Assembly: GCA_036280655.1 (NCBI GenBank)
Contig: DASUQI010000020.1
Coordinates: 86,049 to 150,048, forward strand
DNA: 64,000 bases
From: Actinomycetota bacterium
GTDB lineage: Bacteria > Actinomycetota > UBA4738 > HRBIN12
Direction: 5' to 3'
Below the pieces are notes generated by a model, which worked only from the letters and a program-made list of their open reading frames with translations, ran no database searches and had not been told where the DNA came from. Within the stretch, counting starts at the first letter, position 1; the number at the start of each line of letters is the position of its first letter. Positions 1 to 10,374 of the stretch are shown in pieces. The translations under genes were made by a program, and so were the position numbers.

Positions 1-997
1 GGACGCGCTGGCCGGCGTCGAGGCGGGGCGGCGGGGAGGGTTCGGGCTGGTCGTCGGCGTCGATCGCACCGGACACCGGGGGGAGCTCGAGGCGGCGGGC
101 GCCGACGTGGTCGTCGGCGACCTTGGCGAAGTGGTGGTGGATGTCTCCCCGCGGTCCGTCCGCGACCTGCCCGACGCGCTCGCGAGGCGCGACGAGATCC
201 GGATGCGGCTGAGCGGGCGACCGCCGGCCGTGTTCCTCGACTACGACGGGACGCTCACGCCGATCGTCGAGCGGCCGGAGGACGCGCGACTCCCCGATGC
301 GGTCCGGCGCGCCCTGGAGCGCCTCGCATCAAGGCGGACGGTCGCCGTCGTCAGCGGACGCGATCTCGCCGACGTTCGCCGGATGGTGGGAGTCGACGGC
401 CTCGTGTACGCGGGGAGTCACGGCTTCGACATCGCGGGTCCCGGTGGGCTCGCCGAGCAGCACGCGGTCGAGCTCCTTCCGGAGCTCGACCGGGCCGAGG
501 AGGAGCTCCGGCCGCTGGTCGAGCCGGTCCCGGGGGCCCGGCTCGAGCGCAAGCGCTTCGCGATCGCCGTGCACGTTCGCCAGGTCGACGAGCAGGACGT
601 GCCGCGCGTCGGGACGGCGGTCGATCGCATCGCCGGCGCGCACCCGCACCTCCGGAAGACCGTCGGCAAGAAGGTGTTCGAGCTCCGCCCGAACGTGGAG
701 TGGGACAAGGGTCGTGCGGTGCTCCGGTTGATGGATGTGCTCGGACTCGATCGCGCGGACGTCGTGCCCGTGTACGCGGGTGACGACGTGACCGACGAGG
801 ATGCGTTCCGCGCCGTTCGAGATCGCGGGTTCGGTGTCGTCGTTCGGGGGGAGGACGATGACCGGCCGACGTCGGCCCGCTACTCGCTCGCGAACGCCGG
901 GGAGACCGTCGCGTTCCTGGAGGAGCTGGCGTCGCTCGGCGACGAGACGGCCACGCCTGGGCATCCCGCGGAACGTGACAGCTCGGGGGCGTCCTGA
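1..997 (+). CDS. otsB: Trehalose-6-phosphate phosphatase-like protein, 5'-partial. HAD-like C-terminal motif (DALAGVEAGRRGGFGLVVGVDR) is followed by a TPP domain (FLDYDGTLTP..., AVVSGRDL..., GDDVTDEDAF); the gene begins upstream of the window.
   Basis: Translating the 107..997 frame back to position 2 gives a continuous ORF with HAD signatures and a classical trehalose-phosphatase DYDGTL motif. It stops at TGA 995-997. Confidence 0.8.
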   Translation, partial: DALAGVEAGRRGGFGLVVGVDRTGHRGELEAAGADVVVGDLGEVVVDVSPRSVRDLPDALARRDEIRMRLSGRPPAVFLDYDGTLTPIVERPEDARLPDAVRRALERLASRRTVAVVSGRDLADVRRMVGVDGLVYAGSHGFDIAGPGGLAEQHAVELLPELDRAEEELRPLVEPVPGARLERKRFAIAVHVRQVDEQDVPRVGTAVDRIAGAHPHLRKTVGKKVFELRPNVEWDKGRAVLRLMDVLGLDRADVVPVYAGDDVTDEDAFRAVRDRGFGVVVRGEDDDRPTSARYSLANAGETVAFLEELASLGDETATPGHPAERDSSGAS

Positions 998-3402
998 ACG
1001 GCTGGGTCTTCGCGTACGAGGGGTTCGACCCGGCACAGGAAGGCCTTCGAGAGGCGCTGTGCACGCTGGGGAACGGTCGGTTCGCGACCCGCGGGGCCGC
1101 GCCCGAATCCACGTCCGATGACGTCCATTATCCGGGGACCTACGCGGCGGGGGTCTACAACCGGCTCACGACGTCGCTCGATGGACGCGAGATCGAGAAC
1201 GAGGACCTCGTCAACCTTCCGAACTGGCTCCCGTTGACGCTCCGGATCCAGGGAGGGCAGTGGTTCGACGCCCGCTCGGTCGAACTCCTCTCCTACCGAC
1301 AGGAGCTCGATCTTCGGACGGGCACGCTCTCGCGGCGGGTCCGGTTCCGTACCTCGGAGGGGTTCGAGACGACCCTCGTCCAGCGCCGGTTCGTCTCGTT
1401 GGACGACCCGCGCATCGCCGGTCTCGAAACCACGATCGTCGCGGAGAACTGGTCGGGACGTCTGGACGTCCGATCCGGGATCGACGGCGCGGTGGTCAAC
1501 GCGGGGGTTCCCCGCTATCGGGACCTGGCCAACAGCCACCTCATCCACATCGAGCAGGCCGCCGTCGACGACGCATCGGTCTCCATGGTGGTCGAGACCA
1601 ACCAGTCGCACGTTCGGATCGCGACCGCCACCAGGACGACGGTGCTCGTCGACGCCGAGGCGGTCCCAATCGAGCGGCGTCTCATCGACGAGCCACGGTG
1701 GATCGGCCACGAGTTATCCCTGGACCTCTCGGTCGGTGGGACGGCGAAGTTGGAGAAGGTCGCGACCCTGTTCACGTCAAGGGATCCGGCGGTGTCCGAT
1801 CCGGGTTCGGAAGCGGCCACCTGGGTGGTTCGATCCGACACGATCGAAGCCCTCCACCAGCGCCACCGCCGTGCGTGGGACCGAACATGGGAACGTTTCG
1901 ACATCGGGATCGCCGGCAGCGAGCGGACCCAGCTGATCCTGCGCCTGCATGTGTTCCACCTCGTCCAGACCGTGTCACAGCACACGATCGAACTGGACGT
2001 GGGAGTCCCGGCCCGAGGGTTGCACGGTGAGGCGTATCGCGGTCACATCTTCTGGGACGAGCTGTTCATCTTCCCCCTGCTCAACTTCCGGCTGCCGATC
2101 CTGACCCGGTCGCTGCTCGAGTATCGACATCGTCGGTTGCGCGAGTCGCGCTGGGCGGCGCGTGCGCACGGCCTCCGCGGGGCCCTGTTCCCGTGGCAGA
2201 GCGGGAGCGACGGTCGTGAGGAGACGCAACGGGTCCATCTGAATCCGAGATCCGGTCGCTGGCTCCCCGATCACTCGCACCTCCAACGTCACGTCAACCT
2301 CGCGATCGCCTACAACGTCTGGCAGCACTTCCAGGTCACCGGTGATCTGCCGTTCCTGCGGCACCACGGCGCGGACCTCATCATCGAGTGCGCGCGACTG
2401 TTCTCGAGCCTCGCCGCCTACGACGAGGAGCGGGAGCGATACGACATCCCCGGCGTGCTCGGTCCCGACGAGTACCACGACGCGTATCCGGATCGCGACG
2501 AACCGGGATTGGACAACAACGCCTATACCAACGTGATGACCGCCTGGTTGATGTGCAGGGCGCTCGACACGATCGACGTCCTCCCCGGTCACCTGCGGAT
2601 CGAGCTGCTCGACGAGCTGGATGTGACGGAGGAAGAGGTCGCCGGGTGGGACGATCTGAGCCGTCGGATCTTCGTTCCCTTCCACGACGGCGTCATCAGC
2701 CAGTTCGAGGGATATGAGCGACTCGACGAGTTGGATTGGGAGGCGTATCGCGACCGGTACGGCGACATCGCGAGGCTCGACCGGATCCTCGAGGCGGAGG
2801 GAGATACGCCGAACCGATACAAGCTCTCGAAGCAGGCCGACGTCTTGATGCTGTTCTACCTGCTGTCCGCCCAGGAGTTGACCGCGCTGTTCGAGCGACT
2901 CGGCTATCCGTTCGACCCCGCGCAGGACGTCCCCCGCAACGTGGAGTACTACCTGTCACGGACCGCTCATGGCTCGACGTTGTCGCGCGTGGTCCACGCG
3001 TGGGTCCTGGCGCGACTGGATCGGGCGCAGTCCTGGGAACACATGGCGGCCGCTCTGGAGAGCGATGTGGCGGACGTCCAGGGCGGCACCACGCGGGAGG
3101 GGATCCACCTCGGCGCGATGGCCGGCACGGTCGATCTCGTCCAGCGCGCCTATACGGGCCTCGTCGTGCGGGACGAGGGCCTGTGGTTCGATCCGGCACT
3201 CCCCAGGCAACTCACGCACCTCGACATCGAGCTGCACTACCGCGGGCACCGGATCCGGGTCCAGGTCACGCCGGAGCGGTTCCGACTCGCGACGCGCCCG
3301 GGAACGGCCGAACCCATCAGCGTGGGATTCCGGGACCTCGTCGTGGAGTTGCGACCGGGCGCTGAGATGGCATGGCCGCTCGAACCTGCTGAACCGGTCT
3401 GA
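994..3402 (+). CDS. Glycoside hydrolase family 65 protein (trehalose/maltose/kojibiose phosphorylase-like). The true N-terminus begins around 979-1003 (WVFAYEGFDPAQEGLREALCTLGNGRFATRG...) with no canonical start codon, so it may be fused to the upstream otsB-like gene by a frameshift.
   Basis: The ORF 1234..3402 extends in frame upstream to a stop at 976-978. The translated N-terminal region matches the GH65 N-terminal domain, and the central and C-terminal parts match the GH65 catalytic domain. No ATG/GTG/TTG lies between the stop and the conserved W. Confidence 0.8.
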   Translation: MNGWVFAYEGFDPAQEGLREALCTLGNGRFATRGAAPESTSDDVHYPGTYAAGVYNRLTTSLDGREIENEDLVNLPNWLPLTLRIQGGQWFDARSVELLSYRQELDLRTGTLSRRVRFRTSEGFETTLVQRRFVSLDDPRIAGLETTIVAENWSGRLDVRSGIDGAVVNAGVPRYRDLANSHLIHIEQAAVDDASVSMVVETNQSHVRIATATRTTVLVDAEAVPIERRLIDEPRWIGHELSLDLSVGGTAKLEKVATLFTSRDPAVSDPGSEAATWVVRSDTIEALHQRHRRAWDRTWERFDIGIAGSERTQLILRLHVFHLVQTVSQHTIELDVGVPARGLHGEAYRGHIFWDELFIFPLLNFRLPILTRSLLEYRHRRLRESRWAARAHGLRGALFPWQSGSDGREETQRVHLNPRSGRWLPDHSHLQRHVNLAIAYNVWQHFQVTGDLPFLRHHGADLIIECARLFSSLAAYDEERERYDIPGVLGPDEYHDAYPDRDEPGLDNNAYTNVMTAWLMCRALDTIDVLPGHLRIELLDELDVTEEEVAGWDDLSRRIFVPFHDGVISQFEGYERLDELDWEAYRDRYGDIARLDRILEAEGDTPNRYKLSKQADVLMLFYLLSAQELTALFERLGYPFDPAQDVPRNVEYYLSRTAHGSTLSRVVHAWVLARLDRAQSWEHMAAALESDVADVQGGTTREGIHLGAMAGTVDLVQRAYTGLVVRDEGLWFDPALPRQLTHLDIELHYRGHRIRVQVTPERFRLATRPGTAEPISVGFRDLVVELRPGAEMAWPLEPAEPV

Positions 3403-3424
3403 GACATCGGGGCCCGCGGAGGGG

Positions 3425-3438
3425 GGGACCTTCTGCCC
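3425..3438. promoter_or_regulatory. Weak DosR-box-like site (GGGACCTTCTGCCC) 50-65 bp upstream of the hsp20 start.
   Basis: The half-site GGGACC is perfect and the second half is degenerate. The position is appropriate for an activator site. It is compared with the stronger palindrome at 14520-14545. Confidence 0.25.
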
Positions 3439-3489
3439 TGCTCAGAAGCGCATCGCGAGCGTAGGTTGACGACTGAGGAGGTGAACACG

Positions 3490-3987
3490 ATGAAGCTTGC
3501 GGTGTACGACGAGATCGGAGAGCTCGAGCGCCGCATGGACGACCTGATGCGTTCGTTCTTCGGCCCGAGGATCCGGCTCACACGACCGGTCCTGCCGCTG
3601 TTCGTATCCAAGCCGTTCGTGCCGGTCACCGACGTCTTCGTTCGCGACGAGGACCTCGTGGTCCGCGTCGAGTTGCCGGGCATCGAGCCCGACGACATCG
3701 AGGTCACGATCGAGGGCGGATACCTGGTGATCCGTGGAGAGCGGAAGCGGGAGGAGGAGGTCAAGGAGGAGGCGTACTACCGGCTGGAGGCCGCGTACGG
3801 CACCTTCGAGCGGTTCATCCCGCTCCCCGAAGGGTTCGAGGAGCACGAGATCGAAGCCCTCTACACGGATGGGGTGTTGGAGGTGATCGTTCCTGCGGCC
3901 GCCAAGGCGCTGGAGCCTCACGAGCCGAAGAACATCCCGGTCAAGACGACCAAGCCCGCCGATCAGCAGGCGAAGAAGGTCGCGTAG
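3490..3987 (+). CDS. Hsp20/alpha-crystallin family small heat-shock protein.
   Basis: A GAGGAGG RBS lies 7 nt upstream of ATG 3490. The alpha-crystallin domain shows in FVPVTDVFVRDEDLVVRVELPG...YGTFERFIPLPEGFEEHEIEALYTDGVLEVIVP. Confidence 0.9.
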   Translation: MKLAVYDEIGELERRMDDLMRSFFGPRIRLTRPVLPLFVSKPFVPVTDVFVRDEDLVVRVELPGIEPDDIEVTIEGGYLVIRGERKREEEVKEEAYYRLEAAYGTFERFIPLPEGFEEHEIEALYTDGVLEVIVPAAAKALEPHEPKNIPVKTTKPADQQAKKVA

Positions 3988-4022
3988 GGATCTCGGGCAG
4001 GCGCTCATCGCTTGCCCGTCCC

Positions 4023-4056
4023 GGACGGTCACGGGTCGTAGGCCCCGTGACCGTCC
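4023..4056 (+). terminator. Intrinsic-terminator-like hairpin downstream of hsp20.
   Basis: GGACGGTCACGGG / CCCGTGACCGTCC form a 13-bp perfect stem with an 8-nt loop, followed by TTCTGTT. Confidence 0.5.
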
Positions 4057-4167
4057 TTCTGTTCACGGATGGCCCTTCGATCGCCGGGCCGGACGGCCCG
4101 GAACGGCGGGATCTGCCGGTGCGACGATCTGCACGGAGGCTCTTCGTCGAGCCTGAGGAGGTGCGTC

Positions 4168-4653
4168 ATGTCGACGACCGAGTTGGACGCGGAGATCCGT
4201 CACCCGCAGGCGGTAACGGAGGTCCCTCAGCGGGTCGGAGCATCGAGATACCGGTTCGCGGCGGTCACCGTGTGCAGCGTCTGGGTGGCCCTCGCGGCAG
4301 CGAGCATCTGGTCGCCGGATCTCGTTTCCGGCACCGATCAGACACACGTGCCGATCGCCGCGTTCAGTGACTGGTTCTACGCGGTGATCGCGACCGGACT
4401 GGTGCTCATGGCGTTCAGCCGCCGGACGCCCGACGTGGGACGTTCGTCCTGGGCGGCCTTCGCCTTCGCGATCTCGGCCGTCTGGCTCGTCGTCGCGATC
4501 GTCAGCATCTGGACCCCGGACCTCGTGTCCGGCACCGACCCGACCCACGTGCCGATCGGCGCCCTCGTGAGTCCCATCGCCGGGGTGCTCGCCACGGCGT
4601 TCGCCGCGGTGTTCGTCGCCGGCAGCGGGGGCGGAACGGGGACGTCGGCCTAA
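4168..4653 (+). CDS. Hypothetical integral membrane protein with an internal tandem duplication (IWSPDLVSGTDQTHVPIAA versus IWTPDLVSGTDPTHVPIGA).
   Basis: A GAGGAGG RBS precedes ATG 4168. GC3 is high. There are four predicted TM segments, and two roughly 55-bp DNA segments (4307-4362 and 4508-4563) are near-identical. Confidence 0.6.
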   Translation: MSTTELDAEIRHPQAVTEVPQRVGASRYRFAAVTVCSVWVALAAASIWSPDLVSGTDQTHVPIAAFSDWFYAVIATGLVLMAFSRRTPDVGRSSWAAFAFAISAVWLVVAIVSIWTPDLVSGTDPTHVPIGALVSPIAGVLATAFAAVFVAGSGGGTGTSA

Positions 4654-4706
4654 GAGGGAGGGGCCCCGGGACGTGAGCCCACCTCGTGTTCGAGGGGGAC
4701 CGGTCT

Positions 4707-4964
4707 TCAGGAGCCCGTAGCAGCCCACGCACGTAGGTTCTCGACGTGCGCGAGGGGCTCGGCCGCGTGCGGACAGTCGAGCGGGTCCTCACACGACGGG
4801 TTGCCCTCCATCGTGAAGAAGTTGAAGCGGCACGTGTCGCAGAAGACGTCGAGCTCTTCGGGGAGGTAGGGGCAGTCCCCCCACGCGCACGATCGCTCTC
4901 CTTCGCCCGTCGCGAAGTCGAAACCACACCCGGGACACCGACGGAACCCATCCCACCTCGCCAT
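4707..4964 (-). CDS. Small Cys-rich protein with four CxxC-type pairs (CPGC, CAWGDC, CDTC, CEDPLDC) suggesting a double zinc ribbon. Function unknown.
   Basis: A GGAGGTG RBS lies 6 nt before ATG at 4964. GC3 is high. It is located immediately 5' of hypE on the same strand. Confidence 0.55.
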   Translation of the reverse strand: MARWDGFRRCPGCGFDFATGEGERSCAWGDCPYLPEELDVFCDTCRFNFFTMEGNPSCEDPLDCPHAAEPLAHVENLRAWAATGS

Positions 4965-5052
4965 CTCGATCACCTCCACCCCTATGGGTACGCCCAGCGC
5001 TCGGACGCGTTCAGGGCCGGAGTGCCCCCTTGGGACGGGTCCGTCGGACCGG

Positions 5053-6114
5053 TCAGCAGATCCGGGGCAGCTGATCGCCTGCGAGCATGATCAGCGGCCG
5101 GGTCGTGCCGAGTCCAGTCCTCACGCTGACGCGCGGTGGACCCTCTTCGACCTCGCCGATCACCGCCGCGTGGGCGCCCAGGTCCAGCACGTGAGCTGCA
5201 GCGACGACCGGCTGCACGTCCTGCGGCGCCACGATCGCGACCGCCACCCCTTCGTTCGCGACGTAGAGGGGATCCAGGCCCAACATCTCGCACGCCGCCC
5301 GCACGGGCGGAAGGACGGGGATCGCGGATTCCTCGGCCACGATCGCGACTCCGGACGCCTCCGCGAGCTCGTTCAACACGCTCGCGACCCCTCCGCGGGT
5401 CGCGTCGCGCAGGCAGCGGACGTCGCCGGACGACAGCATCGCGTGGACGAGTTCGGTGAGCGGCGCGCTGTCGGACGCGAGGTCACCCCCGAAGGCGATC
5501 TCCTGACGCCGGGACATCACCGCGACCCCGTGCGAGCCGACGGGTCCCGTGACGATCACGCGATCGCCGGGACGGGCCCGCTCGGGCCCCACCTCGACGC
5601 CATCGGGGACCACGCCGACGCCCGCGGTCGTGACGAACAGCCCGTCGGCTCCGCCCTTCTCGACGACCTTCGTGTCTCCGGTCACGATCGTGACGCCGGC
5701 CCGTTCCGCGGCGTCCGCCATCGAGGCGACGACCGCTCCGAGCGTCTCCATCTCCAGCCCCTCCTCGATGATCAGGGCTGCGGAGAGGAACAGGGGACGG
5801 GCCCCCATCATCGTCAGGTCGTTGACCGTGCCGTTCACTGCGAGCTCGCCGATGTTCGAGCCGGGGAAGAACTTCGGCGTCACGACGAACGAGTCCGTCG
5901 AGAAGGCGAGCCGGAGGCCGTCGACCTGGACGACCGCGGCGTCGCCGAGTCGCGCCAGTTCGGAGGTGGGGTCGCCGAGGATCGGCACGAACAGCTCGCC
6001 GATCAGCTGCGCGGACAGCTTCCCCCCGCTGCCGTGACCGAGCACGACGCGCTCTCCGGGCGGCAACGGCACGGGACACCGCAACGCGAACTCGCGGACG
6101 GCTTCGTCGGTCAC
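5053..6114 (-). CDS. hypE: Hydrogenase maturation protein HypE (AIR-synthase-like carbamoyl dehydratase).
   Basis: The GTG start ([16 protein letters not shown]...) overlaps the hypD stop as GTGA. PurM-like motifs are present and the protein ends in a C-terminal ...PRIC. Confidence 0.9.
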   Translation of the reverse strand: MTDEAVREFALRCPVPLPPGERVVLGHGSGGKLSAQLIGELFVPILGDPTSELARLGDAAVVQVDGLRLAFSTDSFVVTPKFFPGSNIGELAVNGTVNDLTMMGARPLFLSAALIIEEGLEMETLGAVVASMADAAERAGVTIVTGDTKVVEKGGADGLFVTTAGVGVVPDGVEVGPERARPGDRVIVTGPVGSHGVAVMSRRQEIAFGGDLASDSAPLTELVHAMLSSGDVRCLRDATRGGVASVLNELAEASGVAIVAEESAIPVLPPVRAACEMLGLDPLYVANEGVAVAIVAPQDVQPVVAAAHVLDLGAHAAVIGEVEEGPPRVSVRTGLGTTRPLIMLAGDQLPRIC

Positions 6115-7217
6115 GCCCGCACCTCCTCTCGCCGCCTGCCGGCAAGGAAGTACGCCGCGCACGCCCCCTCGCTCGAGACCATCGGTGCCCCGAGGGGAGA
6201 CTCCGGGGTGCACAGGGTTCCGAACGCCGGACAGTCGTGCGGCTTCGCTCGCCCGACCAGCACCTCGCCCGCGATGCAGATCTCCGACTCAGATGCCTGG
6301 ACGCCGTCGTCTCGCGGGAACCGGAGCTCGGCATCGTGCGCCCGGAAGGCCTCGCGGAGACGCAGCCCGCTCTTCGGGATCACGCCGATGCCACGCCAGG
6401 CACGGTCACACGTCTCGAAGACCTCGGACACGACGTCGAGGGCCGGCCGGTTCCCCTCACGCACGACGGCGCGAACGTACTGGTTCTCGACCTGATGACG
6501 GTCGTCTTCGAGCTGCGTAACGAGCATGCGGATCCCTTCGAGCAGGTCGAGGGGTTCGAACCCCGTCACGACGATCGGCACCCGGTGGTCGCGCGCGATC
6601 GGCTCGTACTCGGTCCAGCCCTGGATCGCGCAGACGTGTCCGGGAGCGAGGAACCCCTGGACGCGGTTCCCGGGGGAGACGAGGATCGCCATGATCGCCG
6701 GCGGCACCAGCACGTGGGCGACGAGCAGCGCGAAGTTCTCGATCCCGAGCTGCTTCGCCTGCCGAACGGCCATCGCGTTGGCGGGAGCGGTCGTCTCGAA
6801 CCCCACGGCGAAGAAGACGACGGTTCGGTCCGGGTTGCGCCGCGCGACCTCAAGCGCGTCGAGCGGCGAGTAGACGACGCGGACGTCCGCGCCGGCCGCC
6901 CGCGCCATGAACAGGTCCTCGCTCGAGCCCGGGACGCGCAGCATGTCGCCGAACGAGCAGACGATCGCGTCGGGACGCTTCGCGATCGCGATCGCCTCAT
7001 CGATCAGCGCGAGCGGCGTCACGCATACGGGGCAGCCCGGTCCGTGCACGAGTTCGAGGTCGTCCGGCAGCAGCTGATCGATGCCCTGGCGGATCAGGGT
7101 GTGCGTCTGCCCCCCGCAGACCTCCATGACGGTCCACGGCCGGCTGACCGTGCGGCCGATCTCGTCCAGGAGCGCACGAGCGATGCCGTCGTCGCGGTAC
7201 TCGTCCAGGTACTTCAT
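6111..7217 (-). CDS. hypD: Hydrogenase maturation protein HypD.
   Basis: MKYLDEYRD...CGGQTH...GPGCPVC...FETTAP...CPAFG are HypD signature motifs. The ATG overlaps the hypC stop as ATGA. Confidence 0.9.
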   Translation of the reverse strand: MKYLDEYRDDGIARALLDEIGRTVSRPWTVMEVCGGQTHTLIRQGIDQLLPDDLELVHGPGCPVCVTPLALIDEAIAIAKRPDAIVCSFGDMLRVPGSSEDLFMARAAGADVRVVYSPLDALEVARRNPDRTVVFFAVGFETTAPANAMAVRQAKQLGIENFALLVAHVLVPPAIMAILVSPGNRVQGFLAPGHVCAIQGWTEYEPIARDHRVPIVVTGFEPLDLLEGIRMLVTQLEDDRHQVENQYVRAVVREGNRPALDVVSEVFETCDRAWRGIGVIPKSGLRLREAFRAHDAELRFPRDDGVQASESEICIAGEVLVGRAKPHDCPAFGTLCTPESPLGAPMVSSEGACAAYFLAGRRREEVRA

Positions 7218-7519
7218 CAGCGTGTCCCGGTCGTCCCGGGCCGGTACTCGTCCGCCGGCACCCCGTCGGGGGTCTTCGGAAGGTCGATGTCCTCCAGGTT
7301 TCCCATCTCGGCCAGGAGCGCGTACGAGCGCGCCGCCTCCTCCTCGTCCACGACCGAGATCGCGAACCCGACGTGGATGACGACGAACGATCCGACGTCG
7401 ACCTCCGGCGCGTACTCGAGGCACGCGGCCCGTGTGATCCCGCCGAAATCGACCGTCCCCATCCGGATCCCGTCCTGCTGGTGGATGTCGACCACCTTGC
7501 CCGGAACTCCGAGGCACAT
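7217..7519 (-). CDS. hypC: Hydrogenase maturation chaperone HypC.
   Basis: The N-terminus [10 protein letters not shown] matches the HypC family at about 100 aa. A GAAGGGGG RBS is present. Confidence 0.85.
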   Translation of the reverse strand: MCLGVPGKVVDIHQQDGIRMGTVDFGGITRAACLEYAPEVDVGSFVVIHVGFAISVVDEEEAARSYALLAEMGNLEDIDLPKTPDGVPADEYRPGTTGTR

Positions 7520-7525
7520 GTTCGG

Positions 7526-9838
7526 TTACCCCCTTCCCGCGTTCGCCACGAGCACCTGGCCCAGCGCGATGCCCCCGTCTCCTACGGGAGCCTCCCGTGG
7601 GAGATAGACGTCGAACCCGACGGCCTCCAACCGGGTGACGAGATCCGAGGTCAGGAGGCTGTTGTTGAACACGCCGCCGGACAGGCAGACGCGCGACAGG
7701 CCGGTCGCTCCCCGGACCGCTCTGCACATCTCGAGCGTCGCGGCGGCCATCGTGCGATGGAAGCGACCGGCGACCTCGCCTGGCTGCCGGCCGCGCCGCA
7801 GGTCGCGCACCACCTCAGTGATGATGGGTCGTGGGTCGAGGGCGATGGCGCCCTCGTGGAGGCCGATGTCGAAGGGGTACTCGCGGGTCGCGCCGCCCTC
7901 GGCGGCCTGCTCCAGGAGGACCGCCGGGTGACCCTCGTAGGTCGAGGACTCGACGAGTCCGGCCAGGGAAGCCACCGCGTCGAAGAGCCGTCCCACCGAG
8001 GACGTGGTCGCGGCCGCCTCGTGCGAACGGATCTGCCGAAGTACCAGATCTACCTCGGTCGTTGGGGCGGCGAGGAGATCCACGGCGTCGTCGGCCACAC
8101 CCGCCTCGTCTGCGTGTGCGAGCGCCATCCGCCAGGGGGAGCGGACCGCCGCGTCGCCTCCGGGCAGGGCGACCGGCCGGAGACAGCCGGCGCGATCGGC
8201 GGCGGCGGCGTCGCAGACGAGGAACTCTCCTCCCCACGCCGTGCCGTCGGTCCCCAGCCCGAAGCCGTCGAACGCCACGCCGATCACGCGCCCCTCGAGC
8301 CGGTGCTCGGCGATCACCGAAGCGACGTGCGCGTGGTGGTGCTGGACCGCGACCGTCGGCAGGGCGAGCCCCTGCGCGAACCGCGTCGTGAGGAAGTCGG
8401 GGTGCAGGTCGTGGGCGACGAGCTCGGGCTCGAGCCCGAACACCCGCCGGTAGCGTTCGAGCGCCGCGGTGTAGGAGGCCAAGGCCTCCTCGGTCACGAT
8501 GTCGCCGATGTGCTGGGAGAGGTACGCCTTCCGGCCGGCCGCGAGGCAGAAGGCGCCGTGCAGCTCGGCTCCGGTCCCCAGGGTCGGGACGACGTCGGCG
8601 GCGAGCGGCAGCGGCGTCGGGGCTCGGCTCCGTGCCCTGCGCATCATCAGCTCACGACCTCGCCATACGCGTTCGACGCTGTCGTCGTAGCGCGCGACGA
8701 TCTCGCGGTCGTGGACCAGGAACGCGTCGGCGATGTCGCCGAGCCGGCGGAGTGCGTCGGCGTTCTCGATGCAGATCGGCTCGTCGCTGCGATTCCCGCT
8801 CGTCATCACGAGCGGGCGCCCCACCTCCCGAAGCAGGAGATGGTGGAGGGGTGTCGACGGCAGCATCGCTCCCTGACGGCGATGGCCCGGTGCCACCGAG
8901 GGTGCGAGCGTGCCCCGGTCCTCCACGAGGACGATCGGGGCGCGGGGCGACGCCAGAGCCGAGCGCTCGGCCGGGCTCGGTCGGAACCGCTCGCCCGCCT
9001 CGTCGAGGCCAGCGACCATCACGGCGAGGGGCTTGTCCGGTCGTCGTTTCCGCTCCCGGAGGAGCGCGACCGTGGCATCGTCGGTGGCGTCGCACGCGAG
9101 GTGGAACCCGCCGAGCCCCTTCAGGGCGACGATGCGTCCGTCGGCGAGCAGCCGCGCGGCCTCCTCGATGGGGTCTCCGGCGATCGGGTCACCCCGCAGA
9201 TCGACGAGCTCCAGGCGCGGTCCGCAGGTGGGGCATGCGATCGGCTCCGCGTGGAATCGCCGATCGGCCGGGTCGTGGTACTCGTTCGCGCACGCGGGGC
9301 ACATCGGGAACGCACGCATGCTGGTGCGTTCGCGGTCGTAGGGGAGCGCCTCGATGATCGTGAAGCGCGGTCCGCAGTCCGTGCAGTTGATGAACGGGTA
9401 CCGGAACCGTCGGTCGTCCGGGTCGAACAGCTCTCGCACGCACCGCTCGCACGTCGCGGCGTCGACCGAGACGAGGCGTTCCCCTTCGAGGCCGACGACG
9501 CTCTGGTCCACCTCGAACGTCTCGAACCCGATCGGCACGACGTCTCGCCAGCTGACCGACTCGACGCGGGCGAGTGCGGGCGCTCGGGTCTCGAGTGCCG
9601 AGCAGAACTCGACGAGGGCCGCGTCGCTCCCCTCGACGACGATCTCGACGACACCGCTCCGATTCCGGACCCAACCGGTCAGCCCGGCCTCGTCGGCCAA
9701 TCGCCACACGAACGGTCGGAAGCCGACGCCCTGCACGACCCCGTGGACCTCGATCTCGCGCGCGGAGGTCTCGCTCGCGGGTCCCGTCATCGTCCGTGTG
9801 GTCATGTCCCCACCATCGATGGCCGTCGACGCCTTCAT
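7526..9838 (-). CDS. hypF: Carbamoyltransferase HypF (acylphosphatase domain, two Zn fingers, YrdC and Kae1-like domains).
   Basis: [21 protein letters not shown] is an acylphosphatase motif, and CxxCxxxY pairs plus YrdC/Kae1 domains follow. The ATG overlaps the protease stop as ATGA. Confidence 0.9.
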   Translation of the reverse strand: MKASTAIDGGDMTTRTMTGPASETSAREIEVHGVVQGVGFRPFVWRLADEAGLTGWVRNRSGVVEIVVEGSDAALVEFCSALETRAPALARVESVSWRDVVPIGFETFEVDQSVVGLEGERLVSVDAATCERCVRELFDPDDRRFRYPFINCTDCGPRFTIIEALPYDRERTSMRAFPMCPACANEYHDPADRRFHAEPIACPTCGPRLELVDLRGDPIAGDPIEEAARLLADGRIVALKGLGGFHLACDATDDATVALLRERKRRPDKPLAVMVAGLDEAGERFRPSPAERSALASPRAPIVLVEDRGTLAPSVAPGHRRQGAMLPSTPLHHLLLREVGRPLVMTSGNRSDEPICIENADALRRLGDIADAFLVHDREIVARYDDSVERVWRGRELMMRRARSRAPTPLPLAADVVPTLGTGAELHGAFCLAAGRKAYLSQHIGDIVTEEALASYTAALERYRRVFGLEPELVAHDLHPDFLTTRFAQGLALPTVAVQHHHAHVASVIAEHRLEGRVIGVAFDGFGLGTDGTAWGGEFLVCDAAAADRAGCLRPVALPGGDAAVRSPWRMALAHADEAGVADDAVDLLAAPTTEVDLVLRQIRSHEAAATTSSVGRLFDAVASLAGLVESSTYEGHPAVLLEQAAEGGATREYPFDIGLHEGAIALDPRPIITEVVRDLRRGRQPGEVAGRFHRTMAAATLEMCRAVRGATGLSRVCLSGGVFNNSLLTSDLVTRLEAVGFDVYLPREAPVGDGGIALGQVLVANAGRG

Positions 9839-10374
9839 CGTGCCTCCGGTTCATCGCCGGGTGCCGGGTCGCTCGACCCGTCGGTTGCGGCACCTTCGGC
9901 CTGCGAGGCAAGGCCGCGTGCCTCCCGGACGATCGCCTCCGTGAGGTCGGGGAGTGCCGCGCGCACCGCCTCGGACATCGGCCGGCCCGCGGCGGTTTCC
10001 TCGGCCTCCACCCCAACGACGACGAACCGAGGGACCGGGCCGACAGCCCTCGCCACGCCGAACGCCTCAAGCACGCCGAACCCGTGAGAGGACAGCGAAG
10101 AGTAGATCTCGGCGGGCAGGCCGTCCGGACCCGCCACCGCCCGGACGATCGAGCCCGATGGCCGGCCGGCCCCCGGCGTGCGGATCGCATCCACCACCAC
10201 GATCGCCTCGACCCCGGCCACGAGGTGCACGACGTCGAACGGGGCGGCCCGCGGCCGGACGTCGACGCCGGGGATCGACTCGAGCTCGCCTCGGGCTCGT
10301 TCGACCGCCACGATCCCGGCGGCGTCGTCACCGGCATCCGGGTTACCGCAACCGATCACCCGGACGACCGTCAT
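9835..10374 (-). CDS. Hydrogenase maturation endopeptidase (HycI/HoxW/HupD family).
   Basis: It is a 179-aa protein beginning MTVVRVIGCGNPDAGDDAAG. The ATG overlaps the large-subunit stop as ATGA. Confidence 0.85.
   Translation of the reverse strand: MTVVRVIGCGNPDAGDDAAGIVAVERARGELESIPGVDVRPRAAPFDVVHLVAGVEAIVVVDAIRTPGAGRPSGSIVRAVAGPDGLPAEIYSSLSSHGFGVLEAFGVARAVGPVPRFVVVGVEAEETAAGRPMSEAVRAALPDLTEAIVREARGLASQAEGAATDGSSDPAPGDEPEAR

Noticed and set aside
297-1112. Multiple overlapping Arg/Ser/Pro-rich ORFs on both strands inside the otsB region (for example 351..1112 -, 297..731 +).
   Set aside because: They have typical high-GC shadow-frame composition and no domain-like sequence. The + frame from 2..997 carries clear HAD and TPP motifs.
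3403-3489. Looked for CIRCE (HrcA) or HAIR (HspR) heat-shock operators upstream of hsp20.
   Set aside because: Neither TTAGCACTC-N9-GAGTGCTAA nor CTTGAGT-N7-ACTCAAG is present. Only the DosR-like half-site was found.
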